This document shows positions 17,160 to 25,435 of a DNA stretch of 25,608 nt, piece by piece. The notes beneath the pieces are model-generated. The model saw only the letters and a list, made by a program, of their open reading frames with translations, had not been told where the DNA came from and searched no databases. This DNA comes from a virus (taxonomy: Duplodnaviria; Caudoviricetes), in IMG/VR virus record IMGVR_UViG_3300009656_000012, positions 1-25,608 of that record; one strand, written 5' to 3'. A program made the translations under genes and the position numbers. Numbering within the stretch: position 1 is the first letter of the stretch; every line of letters starts with the position of its first letter.

Positions 17160-18218
17160 TTAATAGGGTATGTTATTGAGTTCTTTGATCATTCCTAAAA
17201 CCTGGGGCCATGCCCCAACCAGTACACCAGATACAAAGTTAGGGTCGTATTTATCAATCGGGGTATCGGCTGGATAGTAACCGCGGCTGGCTACCGCCCG
17301 CTGGATCTCTTGTTCCGTCACGCTGTGTTCTTTCATCAGGTCATATAACGGTCTGGGGATGTTTGTGGGGATAGATATATCCGACCAATCCGCCTGGGGC
17401 TTCTCCGGAACAGACTCCGATTGACTGACCATCTGCTCAAACTGCTGCTCAAGTGTCTCCTGTTGGGGTGGCTCCGTCTTCGGTGGTTGGGATGCCGTCG
17501 GTTGCCTAGTCCGAGTAATTATACAGTGCCGAATCTCATCAAAATCCAGTGGTAACTCCTCCAACAGGTCATGCCGGTTCTTGGCGTCCCAACAGGGGTG
17601 GTGGGTGGTATACATGACCCGCTTCCCGCCCTGAGCCTTCTTTTTACCATTTACGTCGACCACATAAGTTTGGTAGTTTGCAAACAGCACCATATCGGCC
17701 CACTCTTTTAGCAGCGGATAAACTTTCTTTTCTAGCTTCATTTCCCACCGATCATAGGCCCCCATCTCGTCTGGTTGTTCAAACTTACGCATCGTTGCGT
17801 GTGCCACCAGGACTACATTGGTCCCCTGGTCCACCAGGTCGCTGAGTTCATTGAGAAACCGGCCGAACTCTTCCGCCAGGTATGTGTACCCCCTGCCGTA
17901 TCCAAAATCCTCAATCCCCTTTTTCTGAGCCTTGGCACATATCTCGGCCATACATAACTGCTCCGCCCAGTCCACAGTATCAATGACGAGTGTGTCACAT
18001 GCAAAAGGATTATCTTTGAAATACTTAACTTGTTCTAATAACATGGTCCAACTGGTGGGCTTAGGTGTCCTGGCCACGTCCATATGCTTAGTGCTCCCCT
18101 CGGTATCGATAAAAACGGGGTTCGGGAACTTGCTGGCAAAGAATGATTTCCCTATGCCCTCAACGCCATACAAACAAATTTTTTGAGCTCCCTTAATTGG
18201 CCCTCGAGAGATTTCCAT
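17160..18218 (-). CDS. AAA_24 (Sak4-like) ATPase/recombinase
   Basis: Start re-called to ATG 18218; YGVEGIGKS, FIDTEGS, LVIDTVDW, GYGRGY, WDAKNR. Confidence 0.85.
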   Translation of the reverse strand: MEISRGPIKGAQKICLYGVEGIGKSFFASKFPNPVFIDTEGSTKHMDVARTPKPTSWTMLLEQVKYFKDNPFACDTLVIDTVDWAEQLCMAEICAKAQKKGIEDFGYGRGYTYLAEEFGRFLNELSDLVDQGTNVVLVAHATMRKFEQPDEMGAYDRWEMKLEKKVYPLLKEWADMVLFANYQTYVVDVNGKKKAQGGKRVMYTTHHPCWDAKNRHDLLEELPLDFDEIRHCIITRTRQPTASQPPKTEPPQQETLEQQFEQMVSQSESVPEKPQADWSDISIPTNIPRPLYDLMKEHSVTEQEIQRAVASRGYYPADTPIDKYDPNFVSGVLVGAWPQVLGMIKELNNIPY

Positions 18219-18219
18219 T

Positions 18220-19509
18220 TTAAAACTCACCTGCTTTCCATTTCGGCTCCTCTACCACCGGGTTTTCAGCACCTTTTACGTAACCGTCTTCAATAATGAT
18301 CTCGCATTCTGGCCCCGTACTGACCCGGGTGGCTATCACCTGGAGTCCTTCCTGCTCCAGCCAGTGACCGAACTCCTTCATGGTGTCTATATCCATTTGT
18401 TCTAATTTATCGAGCAATACGAACCCGCATTTGGGATTGAGCCGGCGGACTATTGCGACTGCCACCTTCAACTGATCAGATCCGGACATGTTGTCCCACC
18501 GTTGGCCGTTGTAAGTTAACTCACCCTCGACCACACTCAGCCCCGGCAGCGGTAAGTCGGCACCGTTCAGTAAGGCCGTTTTGGTTTTCCGTATATGCTC
18601 CAGTTCAACCGTCAGGGTATTGTACTGGTCGGTGTAGTCCAGGGCGTCGGCCTCGGCTTTGTCCTTGTCCAGGTTGGCCCGGACCTTGCGGTTAATCTCT
18701 TCGATATTATTGATACTGGATTCCAATTCGGCAGTTGACTGGTCCTGTAGATCGGAAACAGTTTTATTGGCGATCACAAGATCATTTTGGATACATTCTC
18801 TTTCGCCCCTTAGTTTCAGTAACTGATTTTCAATCTCTTCGATCTGCTTGTTGACTTGTACCCATTTGTCTTGCAGGCTTATTAGGTTCTGTCGCTTCCG
18901 CTGGTTCTCCCCATTTTGTGCCAGTATGTCCTGCTGCTGTTTGATGAGTTCCGATGCTGACACCGGTTCCTTGGGTGCGTCCGGGTAATATGGTTGCTCG
19001 GCCGCGAATTTTTTCTTCTGGTCAGCGATCTGCCCGATGGTGGTCCGCCGGTTGTAGACTTCCTTTTCTTTCTGCTCCAGTTGGTACAGTTGCTCTCCCA
19101 CCCCGATGATCTGGAGCAGGGTATTGGCCTTATCCTTGCTGTTGGCCACCATGAATTTAGGCAGGTCCAGGGCGAGTTGCTCGACGAACTCGTTCAGCAG
19201 TTGCTGTCCGCCTTTGTTGCCGTTGGGATCGATGACCTTCAGGCTGGAGTTTTTGCCCGACCGCTCTACCACTAGACCATTGTTCATTACTATATGGAGA
19301 TGCGGCGGGATGACCGACCCCTGCCGCTGGGCCTCCGACGGGCGGAACTTGTCCCCGCCCAGAGCCCAGGCGATGGAATCCAATACAGAGGTTTTGCCCT
19401 GGTTATTCCGGCCACCTACCACAGTAAGACCGTTAGCGGTGGGCTCGATCTTAACGGCCTTGACCCGCTTGACGTTTTCAATTTCTAGTTTGTTTATCTT
19501 GATGCTCAA
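18220..19509 (-). CDS. SMC/Rad50-like coiled-coil ATPase (AAA_23)
   Basis: Walker A GRNNQGKTS, long coiled coil, signature MSGSD, Walker B VLLDKLE; TTG start with AAGGAGG RBS. Confidence 0.85.
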   Translation of the reverse strand: MSIKINKLEIENVKRVKAVKIEPTANGLTVVGGRNNQGKTSVLDSIAWALGGDKFRPSEAQRQGSVIPPHLHIVMNNGLVVERSGKNSSLKVIDPNGNKGGQQLLNEFVEQLALDLPKFMVANSKDKANTLLQIIGVGEQLYQLEQKEKEVYNRRTTIGQIADQKKKFAAEQPYYPDAPKEPVSASELIKQQQDILAQNGENQRKRQNLISLQDKWVQVNKQIEEIENQLLKLRGERECIQNDLVIANKTVSDLQDQSTAELESSINNIEEINRKVRANLDKDKAEADALDYTDQYNTLTVELEHIRKTKTALLNGADLPLPGLSVVEGELTYNGQRWDNMSGSDQLKVAVAIVRRLNPKCGFVLLDKLEQMDIDTMKEFGHWLEQEGLQVIATRVSTGPECEIIIEDGYVKGAENPVVEEPKWKAGEF

Positions 19510-19709
19510 TTCTGTACCTCCTTCAATTCTTTGACCCGAACCGTCTTATACCCGTACTGGGCCTTTATGCCCTCCGGCGTCGGCTTGCCGTGGAAGTAAT
19601 CCCCGATGGCAAACCGCACTCTCACATGGTCGCCCCAGAGTTCGATGACCTCACCGGGCGTCTCGCCGCCGCCGGTGCGGGGGACCAGGACCTTAGTGCC
19701 TATCTGCAT
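19506..19709 (-). CDS. Small hypothetical protein (SH3/KOW-like beta pattern)
   Basis: MQIGTKVLV...GEVIE...VRVRF...VKELKEV; GGAGGAG RBS. Confidence 0.65.
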   Translation of the reverse strand: MQIGTKVLVPRTGGGETPGEVIELWGDHVRVRFAIGDYFHGKPTPEGIKAQYGYKTVRVKELKEVQN

Positions 19710-20127
19710 TGGTTGTTCTCCTCCATTCCGACATAAACGCCATGACGTCGGGTATCTTCCCCGGGCGCATATCCGCCACCCGCACCAAGTCCCCCAAGAA
19801 CCTCCGCATCACCTGGCACTGGTCCGGTGTCAGCGCGTCCTCCATCGGACAGCTGCCGGGACGGATGGCTTCACGGTTCGATGGCAGCCCTCTATCTCGT
19901 CTCCAGGCGTAGACCGCCGCGCGGGTAACTCCCAGACGTTCTGCTATTTGGGTATCATATAATCCCTGTTTGTATAGGCCCATCTTGCTCTCGGCTTTCT
20001 TAACTGCCCAGTTGGCCTTTAGTCCATGGTTCTTACGCCACAGGTGGATAGCGTTACCGGTTACGCCCTGCAGCTTACCTATCTGTCTGTCACTAAGTCC
20101 CTGCTTGTATAACTCCATCCTGTCCAC
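19693..20127 (-). CDS. Tandem HTH DNA-binding protein
   Basis: Two repeats: LYKQGLSDRQIG..QGVT..AI..WRK.HGL.AN and LYKQGLYDTQIA..LGVT..AV..WRR.RGL.SN. Confidence 0.8.
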   Translation of the reverse strand: MDRMELYKQGLSDRQIGKLQGVTGNAIHLWRKNHGLKANWAVKKAESKMGLYKQGLYDTQIAERLGVTRAAVYAWRRDRGLPSNREAIRPGSCPMEDALTPDQCQVMRRFLGDLVRVADMRPGKIPDVMAFMSEWRRTTNADRH

Positions 20128-20406
20128 CTACAGCACCCCCGGTATCACGCTGAACACAATCCAGTCCAGAACCGCGTAGGCACCGAAACAGACCCCCAGG
20201 AACCCCAATATCAAGATGTAGGGCATGGCTCTATCTATCATTGATGGTTTCAACCTCTGCCGCTCCACCTCAGTCAGCGGTGGCCGGCAGGCGGCCTGCA
20301 TTCGCTCATACTCCGCCTCAAATTGGCGGCGCTGGTACTCCTCTAAGCCTGCTTTAATCTCTTGTCTGCTCTCCTCGCTCGACCGGTACTGTAATATCCG
20401 TGCCAT
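20128..20406 (-). CDS. Hypothetical membrane protein
   Basis: 92 aa; C-terminal hydrophobic segment; AAGGAGG RBS. Confidence 0.7.
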   Translation of the reverse strand: MARILQYRSSEESRQEIKAGLEEYQRRQFEAEYERMQAACRPPLTEVERQRLKPSMIDRAMPYILILGFLGVCFGAYAVLDWIVFSVIPGVL

Positions 20407-20421
20407 CGTATATCCTCCTTT

Positions 20422-20613
20422 TTAAACCTTGTCAAAACCTACCCCATATAGGCTTTTGTGACTGTTGCGGTACCTGTACTCCAACCGGCAGGCTGTGCGG
20501 TATAACTTGGCCCTTTTCATAGTGTTGTTTTCCGCATTTATCCACTTCATGATTGCTATTGCTTGCGGGTTGTAAAATGATTCATAATGAGGAGCCTTCT
20601 CGTCGCCCTTCAT
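20422..20613 (-). CDS. Hypothetical protein
   Basis: 63 aa; GGAGGA RBS; tiles with neighbours. Confidence 0.6.
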   Translation of the reverse strand: MKGDEKAPHYESFYNPQAIAIMKWINAENNTMKRAKLYRTACRLEYRYRNSHKSLYGVGFDKV

Positions 20614-20878
20614 CGTATATCCTCCTTTTCAGTAATTTGTAAACTGACCCAATCGTCAGCCCGTACATGGCTCCGATACTGGTTAGGGTGTACCCCTGCT
20701 TCCGCAGTGACCTCATGTGCTGGACCGTAGCGTCGGAATATCTGAGCATGGGCTTGGTGGTGTCTACCTGGAGCCCGCCGACATTCAGAGCGTGTTCTGC
20801 GTCCACCCCGGTCTCCATGGCCAGCAATAAGGCCAGGTAGTTGTAGGTTCGTGACTGGTCTGCGTAGTGGTCAACCAT
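20582..20878 (-). CDS. HTH-domain protein
   Basis: Start probably ATG 20878 (or 20884); C-terminal MRSLRKQGYTLTSIGAMYGLTIGSVYKLL HTH. Confidence 0.7.
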   Translation of the reverse strand: MVDHYADQSRTYNYLALLLAMETGVDAEHALNVGGLQVDTTKPMLRYSDATVQHMRSLRKQGYTLTSIGAMYGLTIGSVYKLLKRRIYDEGRREGSSL

Positions 20879-20883
20879 CGGCA

Positions 20884-21120
20884 TCACTCCCAGCATACGA
20901 AGCAGCCCGCGGTGCACTGGGCGATGCAGGCTTGGCCATTGTTGAAGTGCTCGGGCAGTACCCAGGCCACGCCGCCGCACACCGGGCAGCGGGTGTCTAC
21001 TCTTATGTCGCCCGGCTTCATGATCGCCCGGGCGTTGTCTATCATCTGGTGTACCTTGTGGTAGTCGATATCGTGGAGTGTGACTCTTGCGGATCTGGAT
21101 GGTATCGTCATGAGTGCCAT
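20884..21120 (-). CDS. Small Zn-ribbon protein
   Basis: CPVCGG...CTAGC; AGGAGGT RBS. Confidence 0.7.
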   Translation of the reverse strand: MALMTIPSRSARVTLHDIDYHKVHQMIDNARAIMKPGDIRVDTRCPVCGGVAWVLPEHFNNGQACIAQCTAGCFVCWE

Positions 21121-21131
21121 GTTTTTACCTC

Positions 21132-21281
21132 CTATAAGTCAATTGAATACTCGTACCAATTAAGTCCGTTCCTGGTCTGCACTAACCGGATATAAATAGT
21201 GCCGTTTCCGTGCTTGTCCCTGATTAAATCTAGTGCTGTGTCTATGTCCGGCGCCCATACTCGGCCTTGTTGGATTAACAT
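21132..21281 (-). CDS. Small hypothetical protein (49 aa), not in ORF track
   Basis: MLIQQGRVWAPDIDTALDLIRDKHGNGTIYIRLVQTRNGLNWYEYSIDL; overlaps MTase stop and ends at next RBS. Confidence 0.55.
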   Translation of the reverse strand: MLIQQGRVWAPDIDTALDLIRDKHGNGTIYIRLVQTRNGLNWYEYSIDL

Positions 21282-22204
21282 TCAAATAGATTTAGCATCT
21301 CGTGCTTATTGGTTGCGTTTCTCAGGTTGGCCGCTGCCACCCGATAGTAGGATTCCTTTAGCTCGATACCCACGAATCTACGCCCCAATTCCAGTGCCCG
21401 GTATCCCTCTGATCCGATGCCCGCAAAAGGGCTTAGCACAATATCGCCTGGATTAGTCCATAGCTGTAGTGCTCGCTCGATTACCTGGAGTTGTAGCGGG
21501 CAGATATGCCGCTCATCTTCTTCTTCGCGGGCTGATTCTTTTTGTAGGGTGTCGGATTGGTTGATGTCGGTCCAGATTGGTGACGCATATCGTTGCCAAA
21601 TATCGATACTGCGTTTAGTGGTGTTACTGGTTGGTTCCGGCGGTTCGTCGCCGGCATAATAAGTCAGCGGTCCCTCCACTCTCTCGGGATTGACGCCCGG
21701 CTTACGCATGGTTACTAGGTAGTCCGGTATCCCCTGGCGGCTCATGGCGCTGTCCTTTAATAATTGTTTATGGAGTAGCCCTAATGCCTTTGTCCTTTGC
21801 ATGGCTACGACGGGATCTTTCCATATACAGACTTCGGAATGATATATCCATCCGGCATCTTGAAATTCACGGATTAGTTCCCCTCGAAAGTCCCGTATGC
21901 CGATATAGCCGTTATTCTGTTTACTGGTTGGTAGGTTCATGCAGTGGAATGACAGCAGTCGCCCTGGCATGGTGACCCGGTATAACTCATGGATTAAGAA
22001 CATGAAATGCTGGTGGAAATCATCGTGATCAGTGCAATTTCCCATGTCGCGGGGAGAGTTGGAGTAGGTATATAGGGATTCAAATGGTGGGGAGAAAATA
22101 GTATAGTGGATAGAATTGTCGGGGATACCCTGGATTACCTCGACGCAATCCCCATTATAGAGACTAAATTTATCCGTGATGGTCTGGTCCAATACCTTGA
22201 TCAC
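21275..22204 (-). CDS. DNA amino-methyltransferase, beta class (N4-C/N6-A; SPPF suggests m4C)
   Basis: Motif IV FSPPF precedes motif I SPFAGIGS; HICPLQL, GIELKESYY; GTGA overlap with upstream helicase. Confidence 0.9.
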   Translation of the reverse strand: MIKVLDQTITDKFSLYNGDCVEVIQGIPDNSIHYTIFSPPFESLYTYSNSPRDMGNCTDHDDFHQHFMFLIHELYRVTMPGRLLSFHCMNLPTSKQNNGYIGIRDFRGELIREFQDAGWIYHSEVCIWKDPVVAMQRTKALGLLHKQLLKDSAMSRQGIPDYLVTMRKPGVNPERVEGPLTYYAGDEPPEPTSNTTKRSIDIWQRYASPIWTDINQSDTLQKESAREEEDERHICPLQLQVIERALQLWTNPGDIVLSPFAGIGSEGYRALELGRRFVGIELKESYYRVAAANLRNATNKHEMLNLFEC

Positions 22205-23589
22205 GCTACATCACTCCTTAACCAAGATGGGATTATCATTGGTTTGGTTGGGTTATACTCGGTTACTTCTTGGATGGTCGCCCGTACGTTGCGGCGGGTG
22301 ATGTCTCGGGTATATTCGACCATCGCCCGGATCATGGCGTCGGCGTCCCGCTCTTTGCGTTCAATGTTGGCCTTAACTGCCCCTTCTAGGTCCGATGTAA
22401 TGATATAAACATCGACCGGATTCTCCTGCCCGAATCGCCAGCACCGTCTTACCGCCTGATAATACTGCTCAAAGCTATGGGATAACCCAACAAAGGCCAT
22501 CTGGTTGCATATCTGGAAGTTAAGCCCGAATCCGAATATAGAAGGTTTGCTCACTAATACCCGAATATCACCGTTGGCAAATCCTAGTGCGGTTTTTTCC
22601 TTATGTTCGTTGCTATCGCTACCTTTAACTTCTACCGCGCCCGGAATGGCCTTTTTCAGCGCATCCGATTCGCTGTTCAAGTTGCACCATACCAGGAATG
22701 ACTTGTCCGTATTGTTTACCATATCTGCACACGCGGCGACCCTGTCCATTAAGGTCTGCCTAGCTGCCGCCCTTTGCTCAGCTAATCCAACCGCCTCGAC
22801 TGTGAATAGTGCCCCGTCTAACGGTTGGCCGCTATCGATCATCACTTCATGGACAGTCAACTCCGGAAGGTTAAACTTGCCATCTTTATATCCAAGGTCT
22901 GACGGTTTAGTCACTACTGCCGCCCAACTTGCCACCCACTCCCAGAATCGCTTTTGAGCATGGCCTTTTAACCGCCATTTACTGGTGTCGCTGCCGTCAT
23001 GGGTAAAGAACATGGCCAGCATCTCTGGCCGTTTCATTACCCCGAGAAATTCTGCTTGTGTCCCAAGCTCCATATAGTCATTGGGGGCCGGGGTTGCTGT
23101 GGCCGATAACCTGAAAGGAGTATTAGAGAAGGATTCCGTGATCTGTTGGCGGAGCTTACCATCAAAGGATTTAAGTATTGATGATTCATCAATAACCACG
23201 CCTCCAAATGACTCCGCATCGAAGTGCCCGAGCATCTCGTAATTGGTTATGTTCACTCCTGTCTTTACGTCGGATTGTTTACGGCAGGCATTAACCGTGA
23301 CGCCCAACTTGGCAGCCTCCCGAACTGTCTGCGTCGATACCGCCAGCGGTGCCAATATTAAGACGTTGCCGCCGGTGTGCTCATGGACCTTTTGTGCCCA
23401 TTCAACCTGCATAAAGGTTTTACCCAATCCGGTACTGGCGAATAGTGCCGCCCGCCCCTTTTTGAGGCTCCACCATACCAGGTCTTTTTGAAAATCAAAT
23501 AATAATGGGTTTAGACTATTGCGGTCGATGTTTATACCTGTTGATTTGTGGGTGATTCGTTTGTTTTGTAGGTATTCCTGATAATCCAT
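22201..23589 (-). CDS. SNF2-like SF2 helicase/ATPase associated with methyltransferase
   Basis: STGLGKT, VIDESS, SATATP, GFGLNFQ, QAVRRCWRFGQ. Confidence 0.88.
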   Translation of the reverse strand: MDYQEYLQNKRITHKSTGINIDRNSLNPLLFDFQKDLVWWSLKKGRAALFASTGLGKTFMQVEWAQKVHEHTGGNVLILAPLAVSTQTVREAAKLGVTVNACRKQSDVKTGVNITNYEMLGHFDAESFGGVVIDESSILKSFDGKLRQQITESFSNTPFRLSATATPAPNDYMELGTQAEFLGVMKRPEMLAMFFTHDGSDTSKWRLKGHAQKRFWEWVASWAAVVTKPSDLGYKDGKFNLPELTVHEVMIDSGQPLDGALFTVEAVGLAEQRAAARQTLMDRVAACADMVNNTDKSFLVWCNLNSESDALKKAIPGAVEVKGSDSNEHKEKTALGFANGDIRVLVSKPSIFGFGLNFQICNQMAFVGLSHSFEQYYQAVRRCWRFGQENPVDVYIITSDLEGAVKANIERKERDADAMIRAMVEYTRDITRRNVRATIQEVTEYNPTKPMIIPSWLRSDVA

Positions 23590-23658
23590 AATTAATTCCC
23601 TGCCTTACCTGTGGATTCATAATTGAGGAATATTTTTCCGCGAATGGTTAAAAAAAAG

Positions 23659-23673
23659 ATGGTATAATACCAT
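23659..23673 (+). promoter_or_regulatory. Extended -10 antisense promoter within a palindrome
   Basis: TGgTATAAT at 23660-23668 inside ATGGTAT-A-ATACCAT; upstream A-tract; no clear -35. Confidence 0.5.
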
Positions 23674-23688
23674 TAGGTTTTAGTGTTT

Positions 23689-23713
23689 AGGCCGCTTTGG
23701 GCGGTCTTTTTTT
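23689..23713 (+). terminator. Intrinsic terminator, antisense to early operon
   Basis: AGGCCGC-TTTGG-GCGGTCT followed by a T-run on + strand. Confidence 0.65.
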
Positions 23714-23873
23714 ATAACGAGACATAACGTATAACTCCGTACTCATTCCGATACTTAATAAGCCCATACTTAAATCTCTTTTGCAGTTTTTCTCTAGCTT
23801 CATGGATATCAATGGCGGTGCAGGTTCCCAGCTTGTCGCCCTGGTAATTTGTAGCCGTGAATCGTTTTTTCAT
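23712..23873 (-). CDS. Small hypothetical protein (53 aa), not in ORF track
   Basis: MKKRFTATNYQGDKLGTCTAIDIHEAREKLQKRFKYGLIKYRNEYGVIRYVSL; GGGAGGTGA RBS. Confidence 0.7.
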   Translation of the reverse strand: MKKRFTATNYQGDKLGTCTAIDIHEAREKLQKRFKYGLIKYRNEYGVIRYVSL

Positions 23874-23888
23874 TTCTTCACCTCCCTT

Positions 23889-24089
23889 CTAATTTTTTGT
23901 TTTGTTGCTAAACAAATCGCCAATAGAGCATCCAAAAATGCGCGCCAGTTCTGGTAATTTATCTACAGTGGGATTGGCCTTGCCTGACTCCCACATAGCA
24001 ACCGTTGATTGTCCAATGTGTAATAACTTTGCTAACTCACCTTGTTTTAATCCTGCTTTTTCCCTCAAAAATTTTATTTTTAACGTCAT
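23889..24089 (-). CDS. Cro-like XRE HTH regulator (66 aa)
   Basis: Start re-called to ATG 24089; IKFLREKAGLKQGELA..L.IGQSTVAMWESG...P...L..LA.IFGCSI; first gene of the early operon; no peptidase domain. Confidence 0.9.
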   Translation of the reverse strand: MTLKIKFLREKAGLKQGELAKLLHIGQSTVAMWESGKANPTVDKLPELARIFGCSIGDLFSNKTKN

Positions 24090-24132
24090 TTTTGACCACC
24101 CCTCAATATTCATATATTTGATAATTTATTAC

Positions 24133-24161
24133 ATGATATATCAATATGTTTTATTTTGCAA
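24133..24161 (-). promoter_or_regulatory. SigA-type early promoter
   Basis: TTGCAA-17 nt-TATCAT; flanked by imperfect direct repeat TTTGATAATTT..ACATGA (24117-24136, 24180-24197). Confidence 0.65.
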
Positions 24162-24274
24162 CGGTTATTTTTAAATATTTTTGATAATTTCACATGACAG
24201 ATTTTGAGTAATTTCTTGTAAGCCAATAGCATCCCGGTGAAGGTGCTGGATATTGTTGCCATAAAAGAACAATG

Positions 24275-24302
24275 GGCCGGGGCATAACCCCGGTTATTTT
24301 TT
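24275..24302 (+). terminator. Intrinsic terminator upstream of + strand cassette
   Basis: GGCCGGGG-CATAA-CCCCGGTT followed by ATTTTTT. Confidence 0.7.
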
Positions 24303-24322
24303 GATTATTTTGATTTTAGGTG

Positions 24323-24350
24323 TTGACAATCAACTTGATTGTGATATACT
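24323..24350 (+). promoter_or_regulatory. Strong SigA-type promoter with palindromic operator
   Basis: TTGACA-16 nt-TATACT with extended TG; perfect inverted repeat ACAATCAA-C-TTGATTGT at 24326-24342. Confidence 0.75.
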
Positions 24351-24386
24351 TGTATCAAGGTAAGAAATTGAGAGGGGATAAACGAA

Positions 24387-24920
24387 ATGACAGCACAAGA
24401 ATTAATAACCCAATGCCTTATTAGGTTACATGGTGATGACGCATTAGCGGTAAACCTGCCCAAGGGATTAACCAAGACCCAGAAAACCAAAATGATAGCC
24501 GACTTAACCGCCGCCAAGCCGGAAATTATCGCAATCTTAAAAGCCGACATTAGGGACAAAGAGGATGCCTATCAAGCCAAAGAAAATGCCATAGCCGGGA
24601 TCGAAGGATTGACCGAACTTAAAAAGGCTATCAACGCCGAATATGCTTACCACAGAGAATTTAACAGGCGAATGGAAGATGAGGTGTTGAGCAGTTTTGC
24701 CCCCGCTCCGCCTAAGGTTAAGTCGGCAGACCTCAAAGCAAAGTACCCCAGAGCGGCTGCTTACATTAAAGCCGAGAACTGGACGATGGCCGGTCACTAC
24801 GCAAAGGGATCTGCCGGTCAAAAAGCGGTAGAGCGTATCCTCAGTGGTGAGGATTATATCAAAGTCATAGCAGACATGGAAGCCGAGTGGAGCGATTATT
24901 GTAATAGCGTAGTTGATTAA
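24387..24920 (+). CDS. Hypothetical alpha-helical protein (177 aa)
   Basis: GAGGGGA RBS directly after promoter; no HTH, peptidase or integrase motifs recognised. Confidence 0.8.
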   Translation: MTAQELITQCLIRLHGDDALAVNLPKGLTKTQKTKMIADLTAAKPEIIAILKADIRDKEDAYQAKENAIAGIEGLTELKKAINAEYAYHREFNRRMEDEVLSSFAPAPPKVKSADLKAKYPRAAAYIKAENWTMAGHYAKGSAGQKAVERILSGEDYIKVIADMEAEWSDYCNSVVD

Positions 24921-24933
24921 GGAGGTAAACTGC

Positions 24934-25428
24934 ATGACACACGGAGGCAAACGTCCCGGCTCTGGTCGAGTACCATCCGGGCGCAAAACCCGGAACTACT
25001 ACCTAACCGATGCCGAAAACGACCAGGTTAAAGACTATATCAATAAAATGAGAGAGGAGTTAAAAAACATGACACAAGCACAGCACTACGAGACCACCGG
25101 AGACAGCCTCAAAGGAGACCAGCAGGTGAGGGCCTACCGTGCCGCCCAGAACCACCTAGCGACAAACTCACCCACCTACTTAGAGGACTATAAGCGAATA
25201 CAAGACAAACTGATAGTGGCATTGGAGGAAGGCAGTATGTATAAAGTGGAAAGCATAGAGTATCTTGATGGTGAGTACCTGCCCGGCACAGAAGTGGAAC
25301 TCTACAGTGGTAAGGATAAGGACGCTGCTAGGATGGTTTTCGATAAGTTTGTGGAGACGGAAAGCACCACCGCCATCGGCAGCAAGCGTGAGGACGACGG
25401 GCGATGGGAGATCATCTGGGAGAAATAA
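24934..25428 (+). CDS. Hypothetical protein with N-terminal GGxRxGxGR DNA-binding-like motif (164 aa)
   Basis: Start re-called to ATG 24934 (AAGGAGGT); MTHGGKRPGSGR...RNYYLTDAE; two internal in-frame RBS-ATG sites. Confidence 0.75.
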   Translation: MTHGGKRPGSGRVPSGRKTRNYYLTDAENDQVKDYINKMREELKNMTQAQHYETTGDSLKGDQQVRAYRAAQNHLATNSPTYLEDYKRIQDKLIVALEEGSMYKVESIEYLDGEYLPGTEVELYSGKDKDAARMVFDKFVETESTTAIGSKREDDGRWEIIWEK

Positions 25429-25435
25429 AGGCACT

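Noticed and set aside
456-20130. Genome-wide stop-codon reassignment suggested by in-frame stop/start junctions
   Set aside because: Junctions use both TAA and TAG, most downstream genes have their own RBS, and conserved proteins are full length under the standard code
163-23491. Numerous + strand ORFs in the six-frame track (e.g. 1998-2654, 3835-4347, 6502-6996)
   Set aside because: They are antisense shadows of well-supported, tightly tiled - strand genes and have no RBS or recognisable motifs
21275-23589. Type III restriction-modification or DISARM-like defence system
   Set aside because: No nuclease domain or accessory defence genes; embedded in the phage early operon
23889-24089. HTH gene as CI repressor
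   Set aside because: Only 66 aa, no dimerisation/peptidase domain, and co-oriented with lytic genes; Cro-like is the better call
24387-24545. Resemblance of the N-terminus to a TubC-type docking domain (MTAQEL...KPEIIAIL)
   Set aside because: Similarity is too short and weak to call without a profile search
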